Source: Utricularia gibba
Lineage: Eukaryota; Plantae; Magnoliophyta
Direction of reading: 5' to 3'
Assembly (NCBI GenBank): GCA_002189035.1
Contig: NEEC01000031.1
Location: 62,001-126,000 of the forward strand
DNA length: 64,000 nucleotides
In this document: positions 38,366 to 52,018 of the stretch, piece by piece
Layout: each line of letters begins with the position of its first letter
How positions within the stretch are numbered: position 1 is the stretch's first letter
The notes under the pieces: model-generated
Told to the model about the DNA's origin: nothing
The model's input: the letters and a program-made list of their open reading frames with translations, nothing else
The model's database searches: none
Position numbers and translations under genes: made by a program

Positions 38366-40731
38366 ATGGGAAAACAAAACAAGATTCAGAATCAAGGGAG
38401 GCCAATGCAAAAGAATCACGAAGGTGACAAAAGCATGGACATGGAGGGAGATTTCAATCTTAGAGAGACGAAGCCGAGTCTCGGTGGCGGAAGGCTGTCC
38501 GGAAATGATCGTGGAAACGCCTTTGATTTGGTGGAGCAAATGAACTATTTGTATGTGAGGGTAGTTAAAGCCCGGGAGTTACCAAGGATCCGTGATCCGT
38601 TTGTGGAGGTCAAGCTTGGTGGGCTGATGTCCTGCACCAGGTGTTGCGAGAAGACATTCAATCCAGAATGGAATCAAGTGTTTTCCGTATTTAAAGATAA
38701 TATCCAGGCTTCTTATATTGAGATTTCCGTCAAGGAGAGAGTAAACAATGGTGATGATTTGATTGGAACGGTGGTTTTTGATGCGCTTGATTTACCGAGG
38801 AGGGTGCCACCGGATAGCCCTTTGGCTCCAGAGTGGTATCATTTGGATAATCTGCCACATGATCGTGTGAAGGGAGAGCTTATGCTTGCTGTTTGGATGG
38901 GGACACAGGCTGATGAAGCTTTTGCAGATGCTTGGCATATGGATGCGAATATTGTTAATGGAGATGTTGTTACCGGCATAAGATCAAAGGTGTATCTTTC
39001 TCCAAGAATGTGGTACCTCCGCGTTAACGTGATTGAAGCACAAGAATTGCTGCTGACAGACAGAAACAGACAGCATCCAGAGCTATTTGTAAAGGCAATA
39101 CATGGGAATATGGTCTTGAGAAATAGGATTTCTCAAAGCAGAAGCCCTCATTGGAATGAGGACTTGATGTTTGTGGTAGCCGAGCCTGTTGAGGATCGCT
39201 TGATTTTATCTGTTGAGGAAAGAACAGGGCAGGCGAAAGAAGAAGTTTTGGGACAGTGCACCATTCCTTTACATTGTGTGGAGAAAAGGGTAGATTCAAG
39301 GCCTTTGACCTCTAGATGGTATAATCTTGAGAAGCGTGTGGTATCGGAAAACGGTGCGAAAAATGTGATGAAACTGAGCAGTAGGATTCACATAAGGATC
39401 AGTCTGGATGGAGGATACCATGTTCTTGATGAGTTGACACAAAACAGCAGTGATCTTAGAGCAACAGCAAGACAGCTTTGGAAACCTTCTATCGGAGTGC
39501 TGGAATTAGGAATCTTGAACGCCCAGAATCTTGCACCGATGAAAATAAAAGAAGGTGGAGGTGTGACAGATGCATATTGTGTTGCCAAGTATGGACAGAA
39601 ATGGACCAGAACAAGAACAATTCTCAACTGCTTCAATCCCAAGTGGAATGAGCAGTACACTTGGGAGGTTTTCGATCCATGCACTGTGATCACCATCGGT
39701 GTCTTTGATAACTGCCACCTGCATGGCAGAAATGGAGGTGGAAGCATCGATACACGAATCGGAAAAGTCCGTATCCGTCTCTCGACTCTTGAAATGGGGC
39801 ATGTCTACACCCATTTGTACCCCTGCTCGTCCTCACACCTTCTGGTGTGAAGAAGATGGGGGAAATTCAGCTGGCTGTTAGATTCTCGTGTGCATCATTG
39901 TTCAATGTTTTGTCAATGTACCTGCAGCCAACGCTACCGGAGCTTCACTATCTTGAGCCTCTGAGCTTTCAGCAGATTGAGATTCTAAGGCATCAAGCGA
40001 CACAAATAGTGTCTGCGAGGCTGGGACGATCTGAACCACCGCTGCGAAGAGAGGTTGTGGAGTACATGCTGGATGTCGGATCCAACATATGGAGTGTAAG
40101 GAGAAGCAAAGCCATTCACTACAGACTTGGAACATTGATCTTATCCATTGCCAAATACATCAACTGGGTGCAGTACATAAGTAGTTGGAGCAACCCCTTG
40201 TTGACAGTCATCTTCCACATTGTGTTTCTGGCTTTTGTCTGCTTCCCCTGGCTGTTTTCCACCACCGTTTTCATGTACCTGCTGTCGATCGGGATATGGA
40301 ACTACCGCACCCGCCCGAGGTATCCACCTTACATGGATGTTAAGCTGTCTCAGGCCGATACAGCCCAGATAGATGAACTAGAAGAGGAGTTCGACACCAT
40401 TCCAACATCACAGAAGCAAGCTGATATCTTGAAGCTCAGGTATGACAGGCTGCGAGCGATTGCTTCACGGGCGCAGACCGTATTCGGCGACTTGGCGACG
40501 CAAGGGGAACGGCTTTCGAATCTACTCAGCTGGCGGGATCCTCGAGCCACCGGCTTGTTTCTCATCTTCTGCATGGTGGCTTGTGTGTTCCTGTTCGTTA
40601 CACCTGGCAAATTGGTGGTCGTCGCCATTGGGCTCTACATGATGAGGCATCCCAAGTTCCGGACTCGCCTTCCGTCGTCTCCGATGAACTTCCTGAGACG
40701 GTTGCCGGCGAAAACCGACTGCTTGCTGTGA
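38366..40731 (+). CDS. MCTP: Multiple C2 domain and transmembrane protein (FTIP/MCTP), intronless, apparent -1 frameshift at 39820-39823
   Basis: DLVEQMNYLYVRVVKAR, three C2 domains, DTRIGKVRIRLSTLE and the C-terminal PRT_C/TM region (LRYDRLR..GDLATQGER..LLSWRDPRAT). One extra C gives YPLLVLTPSGVKKMGE and a single 788-aa ORF. Confidence 0.95.
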
Positions 40732-40992
40732 GCAGTTGTAGTGACACAGAGAAATAGACAGGCGAGAGCTACATGCTACTCTGCTCTGTTTGGGTATCTT
40801 AAGCTAAACCGTACAAATGATTTTAACAATAAATTGGAGGTTTCTTTGCCAGAGGAGTTCACACTCTGTACACAGCGCGGGGTTTCCGATTCTAATCCGG
40901 GCATCCTTCATGTACACGAATTGCTTATTCACGAGGATCTACGATCGTCCCTAACAACGGTTATTCTGATTTTTTGAACACCCGGCGGCGGC

Positions 40993-43157
40993 TCATTTCC
41001 CGGTGTTCCTCTCCGGCGGCGAACAGACGCACTTGGTCTTCGTCTCGGAGAGCGTCTGTGGAATAATACAGGCAAAACGCCACTGTCAGGATGACACAAA
41101 TGTGGTGCCACCCACATGCGAAATCATTAAAGAAAACATGCTTCATAATGCGAAGGGAGCACTCCCACATGAAAAAGCTCAGAGGAAGTGCATTCTGGCC
41201 TCAGATTCAGAACAACGCATTGGTCTGAAAAAGATGAGACCGTTTTATTATTACCTGAACTTGCCTTTGAAGGTCTTTAATGTATTCAACTGCCATATCC
41301 AGCATGTCAGCCGTACTCGTCTGCTGCAGTAAGATTGAAGGTAGATTTCATAAGGTTAATCAGTCCCATCGGGTCCGCAAAGCTCTGATCTTTGACCCAT
41401 ACAAGGTGCTAGAGATCACGTCTGTACCTTGTCCATGTTGGGGAAAAGCTCCTGCAACTTCTTCATCCGTTCACTGATTCTCGTTCTCCTCATCTGCAAG
41501 TTGAAACCAGAAGCTAGAGATCAATTGGTGGTGCAGCACTGGGCGGGACCAGAAAGAAGGGAGGAGCGTTTACTCTTTCAGCGATGCTTCGTGGATGCGT
41601 AGCGCAGCCTCTTTTTGCTCGTATTTGGCACGGGACGACGTCGGGTTGAAACTGCAGAAACTTGAACTTCTCAGGCTCTCCCTTTTCGTTCAAGCTTTTG
41701 GGTAAGTTCAAATGGTGAACCAGACTTGCTGAACTCTTCACAGTGTCCACTGAGGCATTATGCACCTGATTCTGCATTTCGTTGAAAGCCGAGAACATCT
41801 TCAAATTGCCATCACGGTTTCTCTTCATGTCATTGATCCTGCTGGAGTCACTCCATGTTTCATGGGAGAAAGGCGCTGCCTCAAGCTCTCGAATATTGCC
41901 ATTCCTCGGCCGTCCGTTCTCGCAGCCATCGTCGATGCTGCCGTTCTCCGGTATGCTCGGCATCATCCTGGGGCTCGAAGATGCACCAGAGGAAGAGAAA
42001 GCCAAGTGACTGCTACTCACACCAAAACCTGATGCAGGAAGAGACATTTTTTATACAATCCATCCACCTTACTGATCAAACCAGAGCGCAATCACCATCT
42101 CAGCATCAAGAAAGAGTAGATATTTTTAACTGGAAACTGCACATCAGAAACAAAATGCCAAGAGAACATAGCATAAACTCTCATGGAACGAATAGAATCT
42201 TGCTCAGCCTGTTGTTTTGCAGATTGATTCCAATCGCAAAAAACAGAATTTGGGTGATTTCAATCTTTTTCTTACTCCTTACCGTTAACTCCCTTTAGTT
42301 CACCCTTCAAAAGACACTCACAAAGTCAACTTACCCAAAACATACACAGCTTTTTTTTCACACCAAATCTGTACTGCAGTTTCTGTTTTCCTACCAACCG
42401 CAGCAGATTCTCATATTCACATATGACACTGCTGGAACAAGAGGCCAAAAAGGTCATACCAGTCTCAGGAAAACAACGGCCTCTACGAGATTCGAGAAAA
42501 GAAATAAAAGGAAAAAGATTGGAGGAGAGCGAAATCAGAAAGTGGAGTTGTTCACATGAAAAAAAGCGAAAACTTTTCCCGATTTTCTCAATTTTTTTTG
42601 TGTTAAACTCGGATCACACAATTATTAGCTCTTACCATTGAAGAATCCAGCTGGGGAACTGCTCTGCCTGAGGAGATTTGATCCACTGATCCCGTTTCCA
42701 CTGTTCAATCTAACTTGAACTTGGGTCTCTAATCCGGCAGAATAAGATCCGACAACCGTGCCCCGCCGGATACGGCCGCCGGACTTTCATAGCTAGTCAA
42801 ACCCGGCTCAGCTCCGATTTCTTGCTTCAGATGAAACTGCGGCTGCATCTGAGAATCATCACCCCCTCCTCCTATTTTGTGATTCAAATCACGGGGTCCA
42901 CTCCAAATTGCAGAAAACAGAGCAGCATCAGATTCATCGCCGCTGCTGCTGTTATCCGCCGGGGAATCCAAGAGAGCAGCAAGAAACGAACTTGGGGCGG
43001 ATCGATACCGGGCTAAACCCGGACTCTGTTGGAAAAAATCGGACCCCATAAACTCCCTACTCTTCACAAACTCCATCTCCAGATGCTTTGAATTCTGGTT
43101 CCCACTAAAGCTACAACTGCTGCTCATATCTCCGGCCACCGTCTCCAAACTGAACAT
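40993..43157 (-). CDS. FBH: bHLH transcription factor of the FBH/AKS (bHLH122/130-like) group, apparent -1 frameshift at 42761-42764
   Basis: GLARYRSAPSS, NLLRQSSSPAGFF, PCQIRAKRGCATHPRSIAER, LQELFPNMDK, QTSTADMLDMAVEYIKDLQ, and last exon TLSETKTKCVCS..*. Confidence 0.92.
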
Positions 43158-46100
43158 AATTGAGGACAAACGAAAGTAAAAAGAAGAAACCACTCTCAAA
43201 AAGCCGAAGGCATGGATGAAAAGCTTCAGGATGGATCTTCGAAAACAAAAACGTTTCTTTATCGGGTTTTGGGAACCGGAGAACAAGGCCGGAGCTGCTG
43301 AAAGAGTTGCTATTTTGGTGGGAGCGCACAAATGTCAAAAATGGCAAATTGGTGAAGAAAACCTTGGCTTCCAATCACATCTTTCCTCTTTTATAACAAA
43401 CAACACACCACCACAACGACGGATACATCCAATCCAGCCTTTGCAAAATAAATTATAATTGCTTTATAAATCTGATATTTGGTATCAAAATTGAAAAAAA
43501 AAGCCGAGCTTTACCGACAGTGAGGGCCCACATGAATTTACGAAGTGCCCCCTTGTCTCCATTAAATTTGCTTTACCAACCCCCACCCCGCCCAGAAATA
43601 CACACACACACAATCATCAGCAGCAAAAACAAACAGTATCGGGGCCACAAATCTAATTACACTTTTCCCTCTGTACTTTCCAAAAATTGAAAAACTAACC
43701 CTCTTCCTAATTTTAAAAAATAAAAGTTATCAAAATTTTAATTAATTTCTCTGGTTATTTAAATCTTATCCTCGGAGTCCAGATCAGATTCATTGCATAC
43801 AACTCCCACGCGTTCGCCGGGCGCGTGCAGACGGCAAATATGCCAAAGCTATGCCTTTTTTTATTATTATTCCTAGTGCACTCGCTTCAATGAACGCCAT
43901 AAATGTACATATCTATTAAACATAATCTAATATATTTTCATAATCATATAATACATACATATTCAAATAATTATTACGAAACCCAAATCATAGTTCTCTT
44001 CCTTAAGCTGCAGCATAGTTTAATTTAATTTAATTTTAATTTTAATTTAATTTACCCAGTGAGAAGGTTAAAAGGATTTACCTGGAAGGGGAAAATAACT
44101 TCCAACGACCAAGCGCATTAATACAAAGTAGGGGCTAAAGTCTAAGACTTACTTTCAATGCACCTATTTACCACGTGCGTCATACACATTTTTTAGCTCA
44201 AGGAATATTATTTTGCATTTTGAAAACAACGCAAAAATTTGATTTTTCTTTGAATTTTTTATTTACCGCACGTTTATATACTTGAAATATATAATAATTT
44301 TGACAAAGGAAGGCTGGGTAAATTGGTGAAATAGTCATCTGCAAATTTTATATTTACACAATAACCCTATTTGGTATTTATTAGTGTAATAGTTCTATTT
44401 TGTATATTTTTTATTAAATAGTCCTATTTTTATATATCATAGTTAACATAATAAAAATAACTGGTTTTATTAAAAAATTGAAATACAACCTTATATTTTT
44501 GATTTTATATTGTTATTTTTATGAAAAAAAATATAATTAATGAAGATTAGTAAAATTTTTAATATTTTAAATAAACATTTTTAATTTTTGAATATTCTTT
44601 TCAACTAATTTTAATTTTTTAAAAATATATAATTCACAATAAATAGAAATCTAATGCTTGACCCATAGATTTAATAAAAATAAAAATATCAATTAAGTTA
44701 CAGACATGGTTTATTCATAATCCACGCTTGTATGTATCACAAAATCACACTCACGTGGTTTTCCTACATCCCCAAAAGAACAGATGCATCTACTGGTGCG
44801 AGTGGTGAACACGAGGGAGGGAGGCTGGATCTTCCAAAAATAAGACTAGCTAGCGCCTACGACTAGTAATTATTTTTTCACCTCGCGGTCAAAAATAATA
44901 TAATTGCGGACATTAATTACCTTAAGTGCGTTGACCCACAACCACAAGAATGGAGGGATGGATTCCCCTCTCCCTCTGAGAACTCATTTCCACCAGTTCT
45001 TCTTCTTTTTGTTGATCCAAGGATGCTGCGAATGTTGAAACAGGTTGGGATGGGAAATGACGGAGGTGCCCCTGTGGGGGTAGGGGCAGATGAGGGACAA
45101 GGACGTCTTTGGGGGACTACCCATGACGGAAAAGGATGGTGATGCTCTTTGATTGCAGGAAGATGCATGCATGGAGACTGACTCACACTTTTTTAACTTT
45201 TAATCATTTTTTTTCCTTTTTCCGTAGGCCATGTTATTATTTTTATTTATAATAATAATAATGAGTGGAGGTGAATCCTACAATTAATTGTGCATGGGTA
45301 ATTTATGTACGTGCAAGAAAAATCATCATTTTATATATTTGAAAAATGAGCAAGTATGAAAGTCAAACAATAGGATCGAGGTCAACGCCCTATTGCATAC
45401 ACTAATTACCCTATCAGATACACGTATTTACGATAAGTCGATTTATTTATTAAAACATTATTGTTTATAAAATAGTCAATTTCATTTAATGCTGGAAATA
45501 TGTGCACCACACACGTCACTCGGAAAGATTTTTTTATACTTAAAACTGGAATTATTAACCTAGACTCTGTATTAAGACTGTTAAATCTTTTTCAAAAACC
45601 AATTAATTACTTGAAAATGGATATTAAAATAAAGGAATCCTTTTTAATAAATAAGAGCCATGGCCACGAGAAGAGTCGCTCTCTTGCATTATTTGTATCG
45701 AGAGGGTGACTTGGGGTGCATGGATTGGGTCGGGTCGGGTCGGGTCGGGCTTGATATTCGGGTTGACCGAACCATTGAGAGGAATATGGTTAACTCGGGC
45801 GGTGGGGGTGATGGACCATATGGTGCAGGTCGGATGGAGCTAACCAAACCTTTCGTCTTCAGTGATTTGTTGTCTTGTGGTCATGAGAATCTTCATCAAA
45901 TCCATTGGAATGATGATGGCTAAGGTGAGTTCCTGGGGTCTCTGTACAGAATCTTTTCTTTTTTTTTTTAATTTAATTTGATTCTAAAAATGTCACCTTT
46001 TAAATAATGTGATTTGTTTTATTTTAAATTCATATCATAATTGGACATTAGGTTTGTAATGTAAGAATTTGGGGTTGTTGGGATCCATGGAGACAAAAGC

Positions 46101-46407
46101 ATCAAGAACAAGGGACAAGGACCGGTCGCCTTTCTTCAGCAGCAAGCTTCTCGTGGATCGCGAAAACGGAGCAAGACGCCAAGTTTGGGCCTTTCCCTTC
46201 AACCGCAAAGCAGGTGAATTGAAATGGATTGACAACCAGCTGGAAAAGCTGACGGATTTCGGAGACCCGGGAGCTGTTGGACGAAATGACTCAAAAGTGT
46301 TGCGGTCTCCTGTAACTGCGGTCCACCCCATACGAGCGAGTTTACATGTGAAAGACACAAACTTGGAACAGGAAAAGGAGAAAAAGGAGTGGCGTCGCTT
46401 AAGCAGA

Positions 46408-48748
46408 TCAAAGTCCCTTCTCGAGCATTGCACGGACTCTCATAGGCAACCCGTAGAGGCGTATAAAGCCAGCAGCATCGGCTTGATCATAGATATCCCC
46501 ACTCTCGAATGAGGATATGTCCTGTCTGTATAGAGAATTGGGGCTTTCCCTGCCTGATACGCTGACAGATCCCTTGTAGAGTTTGAGGGTAACGGACCCG
46601 GTGGTAGACTTTGTGATTTCCTTCATGAAGGCATCAATGGACTCACGGAGCGGGTCGAACCATCGACCAGCATACACTAACTCGGCATACTTGAGGGCGA
46701 GAGAGTCCTTGGTTTGAATGGTTTCCCTGTCCAGTGTAAGAGACTCGAGCTCACGAGCTGCGGCGAAGAGGATGGTACCTCCAGGGGTTTCATATACTCC
46801 ACGGCTCTTCATGCCAACAAGCCTGTTCTCAACCATATCCACGCGCCCAATTCCATGCTTTCCTCCTATATCATTGAGCTCGGCAAGAAGGGATGCAGGT
46901 GAAAGCTCCTTTCCATTGACTGAAACAGGGAGGCCTCCAACAAAGCCAATTTTCACATATCTGCAAGGTTCGAGCAAGACATTCTCGTGGGATCCATTGG
47001 AATATGAAACAAAAATCTGGCAATGCAAATAGATGAAAGTGCATAGAATTTTTACTCAGGCTGATCTGGTGCTTCTTTTGGTCAACTGTCATCATGTACA
47101 TGTCTTCCTTGGGCTCATTTGCTGGATCCTCTAATATATCCCCTAAAGCATGATGGTTGATCAAAACTGTACCAAAAACCAGTAGAGAAAAGTGACATTT
47201 GGAATGAGAAATTACCTCATGACTGAGATGCCACAGATTTCTATCTCTGCTGTAGATGGATTTCTTGGTTACCGGCACAGGGACATTATGCTTCAGAGCA
47301 TATTCAATTGCATCTTCTCTTCCCCTTATTTCCCATTCTCGCCAAGGAGCAACAACAGCAAGTTCAGGATTCAAAGCAAAGAAAGTGAGCTCAAAGCGCA
47401 CCTGCAAGCAGGCATACATCAGAAACCAGAACACCGCCAGCGCAACATCTCCCACATGAAAGAGAAATTATCTAAAGAATTTAGGAAGCCTGCCTGATCA
47501 TTTCCCTTCCCCGTACAGCCATGAGAAACTGCATCAGCACCAACTTCTTTAGCAACATCAACCATGGCCTGCAGTAAAAAATCATAAAGCATATAGCAAC
47601 TTAACAAGAACTATCACGAATGAAAAAAGCTACTTGCGACAGTGGAAACCCTGGAAATAATAACAGCATGGGATGAAACAGAGACTTGCATAGTTTGCAA
47701 AGATTATATAAAAGAGGCGAGAAAGTTTGTATCTTGGATGCAAGCAATGTAAAAAATTCACCTTTGCAATAACAGGACGAGCCATTGAGGTCCCAAGCAG
47801 ATATTTCCGTTCATAAATTGCACCAGCTCGCAAGCAAGGAAAAATGAAATCCCTAACAAATTCTTCCTTCAAATCCTTAACCACCAATTGGCATGCACCG
47901 CTAGCCTTGGCTTTCTGTTCTAAACCCTCTAATTCTTGCAGACCCTGGAGTGAAAATTCATGAGTTCGTCAATATTGAAGGAAGCATTATGTTTTTTTTT
48001 TTTAATTTTCGGATATACATACTTGACCAACATCTGCAGTGAAGCAAACAACCTCACAGCCATAATTCTCCCTGCATTGCAAGACACACGAGAAAAAACA
48101 GAAGCCAAGTGTGAGCATTTGAAGACAACCTTCCACCATTATCACAAGGAGATCCCCCCATACCTCAGCCAAGGAACAATAACTGAGGTATCAAGTCCGC
48201 CACTGTAAGCCAAGACCACCTTGTTCAGCTTCTTACGCAGAAGCTTTCCCTCCACATTGCCAGAGATCCCCACCTCGTTTTCGGCTGACGCCATTGCTTG
48301 AATAGCTGCAGGTAGTGACAAAGAACTATTAATTCATTTTACAAAAGAATATCACAGAGCACCGATCATAGCAAACACCCTGAAGTTATGCAGTTCTCGA
48401 CCACAAATCCGAGAATTGATCTAAATAAACATGTCAGGACTAGGTCACTAATGCAAATCCACTTAACGAATCATGTAAGCAAAATTCAGTTTTTCTCAAT
48501 AATAAATATAAAATGACTATACGGAATCAGAAAAACCACATATAAGGGACGTAGAACAGGACTTCTGGCTATGAAGGTGGGGCTTTACCACGACATCCGC
48601 GTGGAAGACTGGAACCAGCCATGGTTTTGGAAACTGTAAGGCCATGAAAGCCACTTGCTTTTTCCCTGAGGAAACTCATCTTTCACGTTGAATGAAAGAA
48701 GGGAAAGCTGGATATTGATTTAAGAAGTACCTCGTGTTTCGAAGACAT
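46408..48748 (-). CDS. ASSY: Argininosuccinate synthase, plastidial; transit-peptide exons unresolved; apparent -1 frameshift at 47080-47081
   Basis: [76 protein letters not shown]. The start at 48748 is tentative; an upstream exon ends near 49407. Confidence 0.93.
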
Positions 48749-50905
48749 TTTTGGGGGAAATGGACAAGGTCAAGTATTCGGCTCCATCTATGATGGAAGA
48801 AGAAATTTACGTAATTTGAAGAAAACAAGGGAACCAAAGAGAATTTTCATATTCTACACAAGAATGTACCTCCATTGGAACAACGGGAAATAAGGGCAGC
48901 AGAAGAACAAAATGACACTGCTTGTAAATTAGCCATCTCCTAAAGAACAACGCAGAGTTGTGAAGAAATTAGTCCCATTTACTGAAAGGCAGCATCTCGA
49001 TCAAAAAGACTAATGACAAGAAACGCCGACGAGGTCCATGTAAGGATCTTTGTGATTTCAAACAAGCCATGACATTTCAATTTGAAGAACTCCGGCAACG
49101 CAATACACAATGACAACGAGTTATAAGAGAAAGAAACAAGCGAAAATAATGCAAAGGAAGCCAATGAAAACAAAGAACGTAAGCAAACGAGAAGAACACA
49201 TCGGGGTGGCAACCTTTGATCGCCGAATCACCGAAGTCTAGCACAAAAACATGCCAAACTCGGGGAATCCAGCGCGTGTATAAAAGCAGAAGAACCAGGA
49301 AAACGTAAATCTAAAATCGATGGCTTACGGTCACAATAGGCGGCGGCGGCGGCTGAGAATTTAGACCTAAAATGTGCACTCCAATCGGTCAGACTTGCAA
49401 TCACCTCGTACCGGGCTGGCGTAGGTAAGTGGGAATTTTCGGACTGGAGTTGCTATAAAATAAAGAGAGAGATTTGCAGTTATTTTGAATTTTAAGAATA
49501 TTAGTTACCATATTTGTAAACCTGTGAACCACAGCCATAACCATAGCCCTAGCAGGGGAACTGCGCTGCCTCCTACTCAGATGCCAGGTATGCATTCTAA
49601 CTCCACGTCTCCAATTTGGTTCTCCCTTCCGGCAACTTAAGATCCAGCAACCGCCGCCGCACACGGCCGCCGGACTTCAGTAGCCAACCAAGTCTGACCC
49701 AGCATCGATTTTCCAGCTTAAAACTCAACCCCGGCTGTATCCAACGCTTTGAACGGGGATGTTGAAATTAAAAATATGAATCATATTTACGTTCAATAAT
49801 ATTATACCTAATTAAGTATCAATAATTCATAATTTTATTATGTATTTAATAGTATCATTTTAATTTTTGAATATAAAATTGTTTTACTCTAATACTCAAT
49901 TTCAAATTGAATTAGCCTTTTTTTGTTTGGTTAAGCTTTTTTTAATTGAAATTGATACTAGCATGTGACCCATTAACTATCCATATCATGTTGTAAGATA
50001 AACAAACACTTTGATAACATGTTAAAAAGAATCTAATTGATAGGAATAATATATGTGTGAAATCCAGATATATTATAAATATAGAATATATTTTAAAAAT
50101 TAGACTTAATTAATTGGTGATAATTCATAAATTATTATATATATAATATTATCCATTTAATTATTCTATATGAAATTGTTGTGCTCTAATAAAAAGTAAA
50201 AATGCAATTAGATGGAAATTTGTACGGAAAATGAGATACCGGATAGAAAGGCGTGTCCTAATCAGCAGCCTCACGGTTTGAGTTTGCGCAGGTCTGGACA
50301 CCCCATTCGTCCAAAACCCCTTGCCCATGGGCCCTGGACATTGGACAAGACCCTTCAATTCCCGCAAGCACCACGTCCCTCTCACAACCAACTCATCATC
50401 CTACACAGTTTTTGCCGACGTTTTCTTCGACCGTTGCTTAATTACCATGCACCATGCATGCTCTCTAACAACACACCATAATTGTATGTAATAAACGACC
50501 CCTTCGTTAATTCCTAACAAACTGATTTCTTCTGATTTCGAAGTTGAATGAGTCGAGACATGAAACGGGGAAAATGCGTTTGGGGATGATGATTGTAATG
50601 TAATGTGTGATGATGGTTGAATAATTAAGGTGGTTGTCTTGAAAAAGAACAAAAAAAAAGGAAACCAGGTTGTTTGTCGTATCGGTAGGAAGAACTTCAC
50701 GTGACCTTCGCTATCCAAATTTATGATGGAACGACGTGGTTAGTGTGCCCGTGGTCGGATGTCGTAGTTTCGAGAAGAAGGCGAGGGTGTTTTGGGTTTT
50801 TCGCACCGCTGCTCCAGCGCTACTTATAGCAAATGCGCCGAATGTGTCTGCCCACTGCAAACTTCATTCATTTCGCTCCGCGTGACAGAGAGAACCCCAG
50901 CGGCA

Positions 50906-52018
50906 ATGCAGCAGCTCAACGGTAGCTTCCTCTGTGCCGCCTCAGTCGCGGTTGTTTTGCTCTTCGCCGGGGTGGTGACGGCATGCCAGCCGTCGGACAG
51001 GGCGGCGCTTCTCTCCTTCCGGGCGGCGCTCAACGAGCCTTACCTGGGGATCTTGGACACTTGGAGGGGTGAAGAGTGCTGCACCAACTGGTACGGCGTC
51101 AGCTGCGACCCGGAGACGAAGCGAGTCGCTGATGTGGTTCTACGCGGCGAATCGGAGGATAAGATTTTCGAACGGGCGGGCCGTACGGGTTATATGACCG
51201 GTTCGATTTCGCCGGCGATATGCGGCCTCGACCGTCTCACGACGCTGGTTATCGCTGACTGGAAGGCGATTTCTGGCGAGATCCCGGAGTGTATTACAAC
51301 GTTGCCTCACCTGAGGATCCTGGATTTGATCGGGAACAAAATCTCCGGCAGAATCCCCGCCGACATCGGCAAACTCAGCCACCTCACGGTGCTGAACCTC
51401 GCCGATAACCAAATCTCCGGCTCGCTTCCCCCCTCCATCGTGAATCTCAACAGACTTATGCACTTGGAGCTCAGCAACAACCACCTCACCGGAGAAATCC
51501 CATCCGACATCGGAAAACTAACGATGATGAGCCGATTCCTCCTCCGCCGTAACCAACTCACCGGCCAGATCCCTTCCTCCCTGGCCTCCATCTACCGCCT
51601 CGCCGACGTAGATCTGTCAATGAACCTTCTCTGGGGACCAATCCCGTCGGAATTCGGCTCAATGCCTGTCCTCTCAACGCTCAACCTCGACAGTAACCGC
51701 CTCACCGGCGAAATTCCCACCGGATTATTCTCCAATTCCGGTATCAATATCATGAACCTAAGCCGGAACTCTCTTGAAGGACATCTACCAGACGCATTCG
51801 GTCCCAAAACCTACTTCACCGCCATCGATCTATCGCATAACAACTTACGAGGCGCGGTTCCACGGTCGCTGTCCGCGGCGCGGTACATCGGACACATAGA
51901 TCTGAGCCATAACCACCTCTGCGGCCCGATCCCGAGCGAGTCGCCGTTCGATCGCCTGGGATCATCGTCCTTCGCAAGCAACGACTGCCTCTGCGGTTCG
52001 CCGTTGAAAGCCTGCTAA
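50906..52018 (+). CDS. Secreted extracellular LRR protein, DRT100/PGIP-like (370 aa, intronless)
   Basis: Signal peptide, LRRNT (C..SDRAALL..W.G..CC..WYGVSC), plant LxxLxLxxNxLxGxIP repeats, and C-terminal SFASNDCLCGSPL. No TM or kinase domain. Confidence 0.93.
   Translation: MQQLNGSFLCAASVAVVLLFAGVVTACQPSDRAALLSFRAALNEPYLGILDTWRGEECCTNWYGVSCDPETKRVADVVLRGESEDKIFERAGRTGYMTGSISPAICGLDRLTTLVIADWKAISGEIPECITTLPHLRILDLIGNKISGRIPADIGKLSHLTVLNLADNQISGSLPPSIVNLNRLMHLELSNNHLTGEIPSDIGKLTMMSRFLLRRNQLTGQIPSSLASIYRLADVDLSMNLLWGPIPSEFGSMPVLSTLNLDSNRLTGEIPTGLFSNSGINIMNLSRNSLEGHLPDAFGPKTYFTAIDLSHNNLRGAVPRSLSAARYIGHIDLSHNHLCGPIPSESPFDRLGSSSFASNDCLCGSPLKAC

Noticed and set aside
41160-41226. Alternative last exon of the bHLH gene (TNALF*)
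   Set aside because: The downstream acceptor gives the family-typical TLSETKTKCVC end; nothing supports use of this site.
44316-44400. MULE-like terminal sequence GGGTAAATTGGTG..
   Set aside because: No matching opposite TIR or TSD nearby; the similar motif at about 7326-7338 is too distant.
44917-45186. GC-rich island with 62-89 aa ORFs and a miR395-like TTTGGGGGA stretch
   Set aside because: No signal peptide or known peptide motif, and no convincing hairpin or full miRNA match.
45821-45833. 13-nt match to the miR168 core (TGGTGCAGGTCGG)
   Set aside because: Both ends mismatch and no star arm is visible.
45660-45923. 87-aa ORF with GTCGG repeats followed by a donor-like GTGAGT
   Set aside because: No recognisable homology and no downstream coding exon; may be TE-derived or non-coding.
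46069-46512. 147-aa plus-strand ORF
   Set aside because: Antisense to the ASS last exon and 3'UTR, with no recognisable motif.
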